A stretch of 63,434 bases of DNA, counting the filler. It is 16 parts of 16 records of this genome, joined end to end, with 100 filler letters (N's around TTAATTAATTAA, not from the genome) between each part and the next. Parts side by side here need not be neighbours in the genome. Positions count along the whole stretch, not along the records: positions 1 to 3,838 come from SRR15195285_18806; positions 3,939 to 8,834 come from SRR15195285_18827; positions 8,935 to 12,054 come from SRR15195285_18837; 13 more parts are not named here. One strand, written 5' to 3'. The notes beneath the pieces are model-generated. The model was given only the letters and a program-made list of their open reading frames with translations. It was not told the origin of the DNA and made no database searches. A program made the position numbers and the translations under genes. Below, piece by piece: positions 1-9,911 of this stretch; within the stretch, counting starts at the first letter, position 1, and each line of letters opens with the position of its first letter.

Positions 1-617
1 TAGATTTTGTACCACCTGGTTGATTGCGGCCTCAGGCACAACCAGTTGTTGATTTGACAGTGACCGGACTTGTGAATAATACACATGATTCACTGTTTAC
101 ATTAGCGACAATTTGTCATTGTCACTGTCTTCTGCTACAGTAGTCAGTACCGGTACAGCTGTACCGGTAGTCGCGCGCGCGACTAAGGAAAAAGCGGACG
201 AAAATTTTCACGCAACTTGCCTCAGTACTACTAGTATGAATAGTGTGCACAGTGTACTGTACTATACACTCTTAGAACTCGTGTACAGGTCTGTACGTAT
301 TACATGTTCTAAGCCGGTAACTTACGGTACAGGGAACATGATGATGAGTCACGCCTCAGCAAATGCAGTTCGTACTTATGATAGTACTATACTAGATCTA
401 GTACGCCCATTTGGCATGCAGGTGCGCGCTCTACTACTATTCATGAGTTATTGTATATACAAGTTGCAGCGCAGTCAGCGCACGCACGCGGTCCACGCGG
501 ACGCCGCGCGTGCGTGGGGCCTATGGGCTATGCTACGGCGATCATCGACGCGCAGGCGGGTTACACTGTCGGTATCGCAGGTCCGCACTGCTGAGGCACT
601 GTGACTCAGTGGTGGCG

Positions 618-2069
618 ATGATGCGCTGTGGGAGAGGAAAGCGGGAGGGCAAAGCTGTGCACGCGCCGCAGATGGAGAGGCATGCGCGGACAGCGAGACG
701 TGATACGCGGACGACCGACGAGGTGGAAAGAGTGCACCGCGCCATCGCAGAGGACGAGGAGAAGCTCGAGCTGATGCGTGGAATGATGGGGGGCGACCAT
801 CCAGACACTTTGCGCGCAATTCACAATTTAGCAGTGCTGAAGCAGGCCACAGGCGACTTGGACGGGGCCTTGCTCTTGTTTGCTGAGACTTTGCACACAC
901 GGAGACGAGAGCTGGGCCCTGACCATCCAGACTCGCTTCGGTCGGCCAACAGCCTCGCGACACTGCAGCAGGCCATGGGTGATTTGACCAGCGCAACGGC
1001 GATACACTTGAGTACGCTGAACGTCCGTCGCAAGATCCTGGGAGACTCGCACCCAGATACGCTGACGTCGATAAGCAACCTCGGAATGGCGCTTCATGCC
1101 AACAATAGACTGGACAGCGCTCAGGAGCTGTACGAGGAGGCGCTAGAGGCGCGCCGGCAGTCGCTGGGCCAGTACCACCCCGATACGCTGGGTTCCATGA
1201 ACAACCTAGGGTCGCTGCTGCACGACAAGGGCGATCTGAGCGCCGCTGAAGCGCTTTACACAGAAGCACTGAGCTTGTACCGACGGACGCTCGGAGATTT
1301 GCACCCACGCACTCTCTGCGCGATCAACAACGTCGCCTCGCTTCTGCAGGACAAAGGTGATCTGAACAGTGCTAAGGTTCTGTATGAGGAGGCGATGTCT
1401 GGCTGCAGACGGACGCTCGGCGATCAGCACCCGGATACGTTGGGCAGCGCAAACAACTTGGCCTACATCATGCAGGACGTGGGCGACTTGGACGGTGCAG
1501 AGACAATCTATGCACAGGTATTGTCCAGCCGTCGTCGGCTGCTGGGCGATGCACACCCGGACACGCTCAAGTCGATCACAAACCTCGCTTCCTTGCGACG
1601 GGTCAAGGAACATCTTAGCACCGCACAGGATCTTTACAGTGAGGTATTAGCAACGAAGCGAGAGGTGTATGGTGATGAGCACCCGTCCACAGCCGCGTCG
1701 ATTTACAACTTGGCGGAGCTTTTCATGTGCAAGGGGGAGTTGGCACAGGCACTTCCACTATTCGAAGAACACCTGGCAGGACTGCGACGGAGGCTAGGGG
1801 ATGATCTTGCGGAGACAAAGGCGGCGGTGGCCAACCTCACGTGGTTGCAGACTAACCACGCAGCCGCACTATCGCATGCGCAGGCAGCCAAGGAGCGCCG
1901 GAAACAGAACCTGGAGGCACAGTTAAATCAGATCCGTTCAGGCGAGAATCTGGACGTGGGGCGAACGAGCGCAGTATCCGGGACTCGCTCTGGTGAGGGG
2001 CCCAGGACTGTCGGTCTAGACGGAATTCGCCTGGACCACGTAGGACAGGAGGGTTTCTTCGATTCATGA
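618..2069 (+). CDS. TPR-repeat protein (kinesin light chain/nephrocystin-3-like 42-aa TPRs)
   Basis: About 8 tandem 42-aa repeats of the form LG.DHPDTL.S.NNLA. Intronless ORF; start taken at the first ATG (618), with 672 an alternative. Confidence 0.9.
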   Translation: MMRCGRGKREGKAVHAPQMERHARTARRDTRTTDEVERVHRAIAEDEEKLELMRGMMGGDHPDTLRAIHNLAVLKQATGDLDGALLLFAETLHTRRRELGPDHPDSLRSANSLATLQQAMGDLTSATAIHLSTLNVRRKILGDSHPDTLTSISNLGMALHANNRLDSAQELYEEALEARRQSLGQYHPDTLGSMNNLGSLLHDKGDLSAAEALYTEALSLYRRTLGDLHPRTLCAINNVASLLQDKGDLNSAKVLYEEAMSGCRRTLGDQHPDTLGSANNLAYIMQDVGDLDGAETIYAQVLSSRRRLLGDAHPDTLKSITNLASLRRVKEHLSTAQDLYSEVLATKREVYGDEHPSTAASIYNLAELFMCKGELAQALPLFEEHLAGLRRRLGDDLAETKAAVANLTWLQTNHAAALSHAQAAKERRKQNLEAQLNQIRSGENLDVGRTSAVSGTRSGEGPRTVGLDGIRLDHVGQEGFFDS

Positions 2070-2673
2070 TAGAGTGAGTGTGGAGTGGCCCTTCAGACTG
2101 TAATGCCTCTGTCCGAGTATCGATGATGTCGATCGATCCGTTAGTTGTTCTAGCGATACCGTATTTTGCTTCTGTAGAAATCTTCGACATCATTCGAATC
2201 GTATCGGCAGCAGCGATCGTATGGGTATATATTCGGAATCAACGAACTTCCAACTTTTGTCTTCCGTCCTCCGTCGTCCAACTACTCTGAGTGTGACTAC
2301 GCATGTATGTGAATACGTGTACAACTGTACAACTGTACAGCTGTACTGTTCGGTGTATCGTGTTTGTTGCCCGAGCTGCGTGTACTTGCTGCTACATACA
2401 GGTAGTAGTACTTCTTGAGTAGCACTAGTTGCTCCGAGCTAGTAAAATCTAAAGAAAGTAGAACCCTAGAAAATCTGTATACGGACATAGGGCATGCAGC
2501 TACATGCCCTATGTTCACCGTTCATCCTTAGGATCTTGCTGATCGATGGTGACGAAGCGTGCGAAAGAAAATGTGGCTTGGAGTGTTGCTCTCAATACAC
2601 TGTGTGCCGCGATCGAAACGACGAGCTAGTGGCATACAACCTTTGCCACACTGTCGCGGCGTAGCGGTTGCAC

Positions 2674-3741
2674 CTACCCGCTGGAACGTACGCTTCCGCG
2701 GACGTAGTCGATTCGGTGGTAAGTCGGCCAGTACGTATTGCTGTTCGGCGGCTTCGCCCAGGTTCCTGATCCCCCGATCGCAGTGTTCAGTATCAAAAAG
2801 AACGGCATATCCCAGAACAACGGCGCCTGCGTGTCATCCTTGCTCACGTTCACCAGGACTTTGTTGTCCACCACGAAAGCAAGGTAATCTTGCGTGTGTT
2901 CGACTGCGAACTCATGAAAGGTAGAGCCCCAGTCAACAGGCAAAGCAGTGCACTCATGGACGCTCTTGTGACCGACTGGATAAGAGCAGTTCTTCGCCGG
3001 CCACGTTGTCTGCCAGTGGTAGGTGCCGCACCTGCACAAGCCATGCGACGTCGGGTTTACAGGCGGACGTACACAGATCAGAGTGGGTGATGAGTAGCAG
3101 CGTTGGTCAGTGCAAGCAGAATTGCAGCCCTCACGCAGCACTCACGCTTGCGCGTTGCCGTCCACCATTTCCAAGATATCAATTTCACCCTCGTCCGGGT
3201 CGCACGAGCAGCCACCATTCTTCCCCGGGCCAGTGCAGGCTTGCGTGCCCTGTTCAGAGTTCGAATCATTTGGCATCATCCAGTGTGCTGGCCAGATTCC
3301 AGCCCCATCGTCAGCGGATGTCCCACCTGGCAGCATTGCGCTCACACAGACCCGATAGCCAGCGCCACCAGCGACACTCCACGTTGCCTTGTCGCGACTT
3401 GTCACCCCTGCGCTGGTGTAGTTGAAACAACCTTCCTTCGCGGTGCATTGTTGTGCTGGAAGCTTGTCGGACTTGAGAACTAGCTTGCCATCCTCGATGT
3501 ACACATTGTCCGCGTCGCAGCGTCCGAACCGTCCGATGCCAAAGCCGCACTGCCCAGCACTGTTGTGGAGATATTTCGACCAGCGGCTTGAATTCAGGTC
3601 CGGGCCATCGAATTCCTCGGCAAACGAGCGTGGCCAGGCGGCAGAGGCGTCACAGAAGCTTACCCTGCTTTTTACAGGCACGGCTGTTTGCATTGCAAGG
3701 GCCGCGGTGGCCAAAACGGTCGGCAGCAGAGGGTCCAGCAT
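2674..3741 (-). CDS. Secreted glycoside hydrolase family 16 (beta-glucanase/laminarinase-like); 2 exons, intron 3032-3145
   Basis: Signal-peptide-like N-terminus; EEFDG..LN...W, YTSA, GIWPAHWM, catalytic EIDILE motif, FHEFAVE and PFFLILNTAIGG. A GTGAGT...TGCAG intron joins the two ORFs in frame. Confidence 0.9.
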
Positions 3742-3838
3742 AGCGCTAATTCCGATCAGCGGGCCTAGCTCGCTCCGCGTCGACCGTCGCGCCAGCCGCG
3801 CCGCACAGCACCTACCTTAAATCACCCATCCGGCCATG

Positions 3839-3938
3839 NNNNNNNNNNNNNNNNNNNNNNNNNNNNNNNNNNNNNNNNNNNNTTAATTAATTAANNNNNN
3901 NNNNNNNNNNNNNNNNNNNNNNNNNNNNNNNNNNNNNN
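3839..3938. other. Artificial contig spacer N44-TTAATTAATTAA-N44 (first of 15)
   Basis: The same 100-nt linker with six-frame stops also occurs at 8835-8934, 12055-12154, 15225-15324, 18844-18943, 22745-22844, 28806-28905, 32800-32899, 36492-36591, 40478-40577, 44490-44589, 48089-48188, 53035-53134, 56235-56334 and 59634-59733. Confidence 0.99.
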
Positions 3939-4147
3939 ATTCAATTCGTTCCGGCACTTCACTTCACATTATTCTGTGGCGATGAGGCCGATTCATCACC
4001 TTCCCCATTACTGAGGGTGGCGTCATTCCGTGGTGACGGCGCTGGATCATCTCCTGAGGTGGCGAGCCCGAACCTTTGGAGTCTCACTCGACGCATTTCC
4101 TCCGCAGATGGTTCCGAGGAGTCTGAGGCTGCTGGCATATCGCCCAT
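3939..4147 (-). CDS. 5' fragment of a protein with an N-terminal SAEEMRRVRLQRF motif (VCP/p97-binding-like), truncated by the contig end
   Basis: ATG at 4147, MGDMPAASDSSEPSAEEMRRVRLQRFG. The motif resembles the (A/E)EE(I/M)RxxRLxR(F/L) segments of UBE4B-type p97 cofactors. Confidence 0.4.
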
Positions 4148-5517
4148 CTCATTCGTCGCCTCCTCCAACAGTATGAATACATCCTTCCAAAAAAAAAGTT
4201 GGAAATAGTAACTCTTTTTTTTTGACTGGTGGCTTTTTGGGCACCGGGCCACCGCGTTGGTCAGCATCGCGCTGATCAACGTGAGCCACTTTTTTTTTCC
4301 AGCAGATCACGGGAACAGTGTGCATTCTGCCGTAATTTCCCATCCTGGTTCATAAGTCAACAAGCCTGTAGATCTACTAGTAGTAGCCATACCGCATTCC
4401 CCTCGGGCGGTAGATCTAGCTAGCATCTACGCGTTGATACGACTCTGAAGGCAGAAGGCGGTCGAAGCGATGCATCCGCTCGTGGCGGCGCTGCAGAAAT
4501 TGGTGCTCTGGGCGTGCATGGGAATGAACGGTGAGCGGCTCCCCCTCCCGCCATGATCTGACGTCAATCTCGCTGGCTCGGTTCCGTCGCCCGTACCAGC
4601 ACCTGGATTGTACGGCTCGCTCGCTGCTGCGTGCTGCCACGCTGGCTGGCTGACTGGCTGGTATGAATCGGAGCAGCATGGTACATAATGTATCCGGGGC
4701 AGGTCGATGCGGCTTTGGGCGGGCAAAAGGCCGGCGCCGTCGCACGCACCGGAACTTTTCTAATCGTCCTTTGGATTTTCCTGTTCGAGCGCATGCGGGC
4801 CGCAGAAGATAAGGAGAAGGTGCGGGAGAAGGCACAAGAGCCGGGACTGGGAGCGGGGGTGGAAGCTGCTACGTCGAACACTGCGGAAGGTCAATCTAGC
4901 AGCACTACGAAAGAGGGTGGTTCAGCATCAGCCATGCGCAAGCGCGCAGGTGAAGGTGACAGCCAGCACAAAGGAGGCGGGCCCACGGTCGAGATTATTG
5001 ACTGATGACCGATGCCTGACCAGCCATAGCCCGCTGACAGAGCCATGATGCGAGGCACTGTAGGTAGCCATACCGTCCACCCTCATGGAGGTGATCACCA
5101 GCGACGTTGTGTTCGTGGACAGCTTCCGTGCATTAGGGTGGAACACCAGTACCTGTCCTCGGACAAACGCGCCCTGGCGAGGGTTCCACCCAACGAACAC
5201 AGCCACTGAGCAGGTGCAGGTGTTGCACCGAGTCGATGGTCGTATCAAAAGTAGCACTGCGAATGATGGAGCAGATCCGCAGCGCGCGCGTGGCGGGGCA
5301 AGCTTGTGTCCGCGATGGGGAAGCGTGCGGATGTGTGCGTATCGCTGCTGTGGGCGCAGAGTCGTCAGTACTAGGTAACATGTCAGTGGATTGAGCCCAT
5401 GACTGAGGCTGTCGCTACTTTTTCCACCTGCCCTCTCATTCCTGTTTGCAGTCACTCAGAGCGTTCGGTCCGCTCACCACTTTCTAGAGAAAGGTCATTC
5501 TTGCCTAGTGCGGAGCA

Positions 5518-7961
5518 CTAGACCGGATCTTCGGCAGCGCCGTCCCCTGTTGGTGGGACTGCGATCTCCGGCGCGGGTTCCGGCTGCGCGTCATCTTCCA
5601 CTTCAAATACCTGAGACAGAGTCGGCAGGGTCTTTAGCGTCGCATCCTGCGAAACGCTACGCGTTTTCAAGAAATGCGCACCTCTTCGACGTCGCTACCA
5701 GATCCGCCGTTTTGTCTCAGTCTACCTTTCGAGTCGAGACGAGGTCTCCTCCTCCAGCACTTCGTCTCATCACCCTCCGTTCCAGCCGAAGACTCTCCAT
5801 CCTCCCCACCATCGTCAACAGTCTCGTCCTCCACTCTGGCAGACTCCCTGCAGAACACAGCGCACACATACCGTCGTAATCGTTGTACTGTCAGGGTAAG
5901 CAAACACTAGCCGTGAGGTCAGACAGCTCCATCGCGCACCACTCAGCCCGCAAATCGGGGTGATAGTGCTCGATCTCCTGGTAGAGCACCTCCCGCAGCA
6001 TCTCCTTCGTCATAGTCTTCGCTTCTTCAAAGACAAACTCTGATTTGTCCAGTCTAGGTGTTTCTGTGTACGGTATTTGCGCCCCGGGCAAGTCGCGAAT
6101 TGCGTCGAAGTATTGATGCTCCACAGCAGCCGCTCCCGAAATGCCTGTGGCAGATAGCGTGTCAAAATCATTTGCAGCTCAGCACAAAAAGGCAAGCGTG
6201 CGGACTGAGCATCTGCCAGAAGACATGTGAACACGCGCCAGGCAGTTGCTCGCATCCGCAGTTGGTCCACGAAGAAATATCAGTTGATAGGTGACGGATC
6301 GCCGACTTACGCCTGTCCGCGGAAAACATGAGCATCTCCTTGATCAAGTCCAGCTCCAAGTCGTCGGCCTCGCTCGGGAAAAAGGCCCGAAACTCAGTCG
6401 GCCTCTTGCTGCGCATGGTGCGTAACAGCTCCTTAACGCGGCTTGACCGAAGTGATTGCAAATCTTCACGTGACGGCGCGCCTACTAAGTCCGTGATGAG
6501 GTCTAATTGCTGCTCGCCGTTCTTGCCGGGAAAGAGTGCCTTGCGCACGAGCAGCTCCGAGGCAATACAGCCGATCGACCAGATATCTATTGCAGCGGTG
6601 TACCGCGTGAGGTAGCAGCAGATTAGCTCCGGCGCGCGGTACCAGCGACTTGCTACGTAGTCTGTCCATAGCGCGACCGTTTCCTCCTCGTCATCGGGTT
6701 TGCGCGCGCGTGCCATCCCGAAATCGCAAATCTGCACAGCAGGAAGATAGTGAGCAGCAAGTAGGCACCAACACATGAAGACGATGAGGATCACAACAAC
6801 GAGACCAACCTTGCAGTCGCAGTTTGCGTTGATCAGGATGTTGCCCGGTTTCTGCAGCAGCATAAATCCAGTCAGCAGCGCGTCGGCCAACAAGCAAGCG
6901 GGCCGGCCGCCTGATCACGCTCTTGCGGAATTCACGCGCGTTCACGCACCAGGTCGCGATGAAAGACTTCGGCTGAGTGCATGTGTGCCACTCCTTGCAA
7001 TATCTGCGCGGCGGCGAACTGGGTGAGTCGCTGTTCTCACAGCTGCTCGCTGCGGATGGCTGCGATGTGAAAGCGTGAGCGTGATCACGTTCAAAATCAC
7101 GCTTTTGCGCAGGACGACCCCCAACCCACACGCGCATGATTGTGCAGCTGCAATTGCGCACCTGGTACAGCACCCACCGCCTATGCGTCATATCGTAACG
7201 CGTTTCAGAGCGAATCATGTGGTTCAGATCCGTGTCGAACAGCTCGAACACGATGTGTCTGTATCGAGGCGAAAGGTCGCAGGAGCAGAAGGCAGGCAGC
7301 GGGAGCAGTAACGGCACGCGTTGTATCAGCCCACGCACGAAGCACCAAGTGTCAATTTGGACGATGACGAGATGGCTGAGAGGCTGTGCGCACATGTCAT
7401 TGTACGATTTCCTGTTTCTCGGAAGCAGGACGTCCTCCACTGCCACAACCTGCAGCGGCGCAATGCCAGTCAGGCTGGCGGCACGCAATCTCGGGCACGA
7501 CGAAGAGATATCGGGCGTACATTGGCATGTTTCAGAAGCCGCAGGAATCGCAACTCGCGCACGATGCGCAGCGCGTCCTCCCGAACCTCGAAGACCCTAT
7601 CGATGTGCTTGATGGCAACCTTTTTGTTATCCTTCGTGCGGCAGCGCCCAGCCCTGCGTGGCCCCAAGACACACCCGCGAGTGAAGCAAACCATCTAGCG
7701 GGTGCGCAGCGACGCACAGCGCTGACCACCGCGCTGCCCGCTGTCTGGAGTCTGCCAGCGCCTCCCAGGGAGGAGGGACAGCCTGCTGGCATCCAAAGGC
7801 CGCCTGTGTGGTGAGGTGAGGTCGCACCAAACGACTCCATAGGCTCCCTTGCCGACGATGTGCGACACCTCGTACTTGCTGCCGCCGAATGCATCCGCCT
7901 TGGAGTAGGCCGTGGGCAGCTTCTTCCCGCCCTTCCCCGCCTTTGAGCTCCTCCGCTGCAT
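5518..7961 (-). CDS. Mitogen-activated protein kinase with a TDY activation loop (plant group D-like); about 10 exons
   Basis: Spliced reading gives GKGAYGVVW, VAIK, RELRFLRLLKH, HRDLKPGNIL, DFGMAR and WTDYVASRWYRAPEL. GT-AG introns at 7654-7827, 7450-7520, 7259-7393, 7004-7161, 6852-6949, 6732-6809 and 6145-6310, plus two less certain 3' introns. Confidence 0.93.
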
Positions 7962-9246
7962 CCCCAGCGCCGCCGCCAGACCCTCTGGCGGCACCTGCCT
8001 CTAACACAGCAGCGCCCCCAACACCACCAGATGCGCCGTTGGACGGCTCAGATCGCCACCCCTCAAAAAACTAAGAAGCGCTACAACCACCAGCCCATCC
8101 CCTCACCCTCCGCAACCCTTGCTCAGCCCCCTCACCGCCCTCCCCACACCCTCCAAAAACCGTTACGCCGCCGTTACGCCCAGGCCAAAAAATGCAGCCC
8201 GCGACCACGTGCTGCACAGATACCTCTCACCCCTCATTTTCATATGATTTTCATATGATTTTATATATAAATGAGAATTCCCTACCGTCCGTGGCAGCGC
8301 GAGGGCGTGAGTCGCGGCCGATGGCACACTCCCGGGGTACTGGTACATTGCATTAACGCGGGTGAGATTTCTATACAAATTCTATGCCACGCACTGCATT
8401 TTACTACGAGATTATGTGCAGCCCAGAGTCCTTTTCCACACGTGCGTGACGGATTGGACAATCACGTGCACAAGTTTTCATAGGGAATTTTCATACATTT
8501 CATACGGACACGTGATACTATTCCATATGGGATTCGCGCCAGCAATTTCCAACCGCTCTCCACCTGAGAAACTCGGACATGGGCACTACCCAGTAGGCTG
8601 GACGGCGGTTCCGGAATGATAGCTATTTCAGGAGTGATGTGCGAAACTAAGAAGCGACTCGAGGTGGTCAGACGGTCCTTACAAGCGATTGCTTGGTGAG
8701 TTCCCCGATGACTAACCGGAATCAAACGCATCGGATGACTTTCATCAAGTGCATTAATCTCTAATGATACTACGAGTTTGAAAATTAAGCGTGAGATCTC
8801 TTGTTCACCCAAAAGCAACAACCAACCAAGCAAGNNNNNNNNNNNNNNNNNNNNNNNNNNNNNNNNNNNNNNNNNNNNTTAATTAATTAANNNNNNNNNN
8901 NNNNNNNNNNNNNNNNNNNNNNNNNNNNNNNNNNGCAGGTCGCGAAATCAGGCATCGCACAATAGTCTGCCGTGTGACTTAGTGTGACCGAGTTGCAGTT
9001 GGAGTTCGAGTCGTCTCGAGGCGCCGACGTTGGGAAATTGGGATTCGGATTGGCGGATTGCTGCCGTCCGGTTTTTTCAGTTGGCACCGTCAGCAGGGCG
9101 TTGGGTTCTATCCTCTGTGTGGCGGTGGTCGGACCGCAGCAGCAGCAGCAGCAGCGGCGCACGGCTGGCTCTCGCTGCGCCAGTCAGTCACGCAGCGCAG
9201 GTTGAACAGCGCTGCGGGGTTTTGGGCGGCAGAGGGGAGACCGAGG

Positions 9247-9558
9247 ATGGGCAATGCGATGTGTGCAGAGGATGCCGGTGGGACGGCTCCGCAGTCGGAG
9301 CCGTCCATCTGTCCATGTCCTCCGTGCTGCGTTGTCCAGACCCACAAATACCCTGCATATGCTGACCGAGCATCAGCATCATACGCGGTCGACACCCCAT
9401 ATGACCGACAGTACGTGTCGCCTCGGGTGAGGAGGGTTTCACCCCGTCGCGTTGGCTCACCTGTGCGGCGTTATAGCCCTCAGCGCGAGACCGTACGGGT
9501 GATGTCCCCAGTACGTTCGCGCTCACCCTCACCCTCACGGCGGTATAGACGGTACTAA
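9247..9558 (+). CDS. Small predicted lipid-anchored protein with an Arg/Ser/Pro-rich tail
   Basis: MGNAMC start (myristoylation/palmitoylation-like), CPCPPCC cluster and repeated SPR/SPV/RSPS motifs; 103 aa. Confidence 0.55.
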   Translation: MGNAMCAEDAGGTAPQSEPSICPCPPCCVVQTHKYPAYADRASASYAVDTPYDRQYVSPRVRRVSPRRVGSPVRRYSPQRETVRVMSPVRSRSPSPSRRYRRY

Positions 9559-9911
9559 GATCAAGCCACGATGAAGTCACAAGAAGACAGATCGGATGGT
9601 GCGCAGTCGCGGCGGTCTACACCGTTCGGAGACCAGTGGCGATCACGTCCAGGCGACTGACTGAGACGAGTCACAGTGATGAGGATGAGGATGAGGGGAT
9701 GAGGAGGAGGGCAGAAGCCCTGACGGACTGACAGGTCGCTGAAAGTGAATGTACTGAGGACCATAAAGAATGCGATTAGCAGCTCGAAAGTCAGCCAGGT
9801 AGGGCAGGCACGAGCGCAAGCAGGCAGACAGGCGGCCGGGCGGGTAAGCACATGATGCGGCTGAGTTATTCAATGCAAGACTTGCAGCAGTTTCAATCGG
9901 GTTCGTTGCAT

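Noticed and set aside
475-1308. Long antisense and alternative-frame ORFs (also 10633-11385, 21368-22216, 35539-36303, 50189-50926)
   Set aside because: These are shadows of real GC-rich coding sequence on the other strand, with no protein motifs.
3839-3938. Recurring TTAATTAATTAA between N runs as a biological repeat
   Set aside because: It is an identical 100-nt artificial linker with stops in all frames, used to concatenate contigs.
4470-5005. Two-exon small membrane protein (MHPLVAALQK... joined to VDAALGGQK...)
   Set aside because: The obvious donor and acceptor are in incompatible phases, so I could not build a consistent gene model.
5518-7961. Non-canonical introns, introner elements or an alternative genetic code to explain the broken ORFs
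   Set aside because: The MAPK, AFG2, GH16 and MRG frames all resolve with ordinary GT-AG introns, and I saw no sequence similarity between introns.
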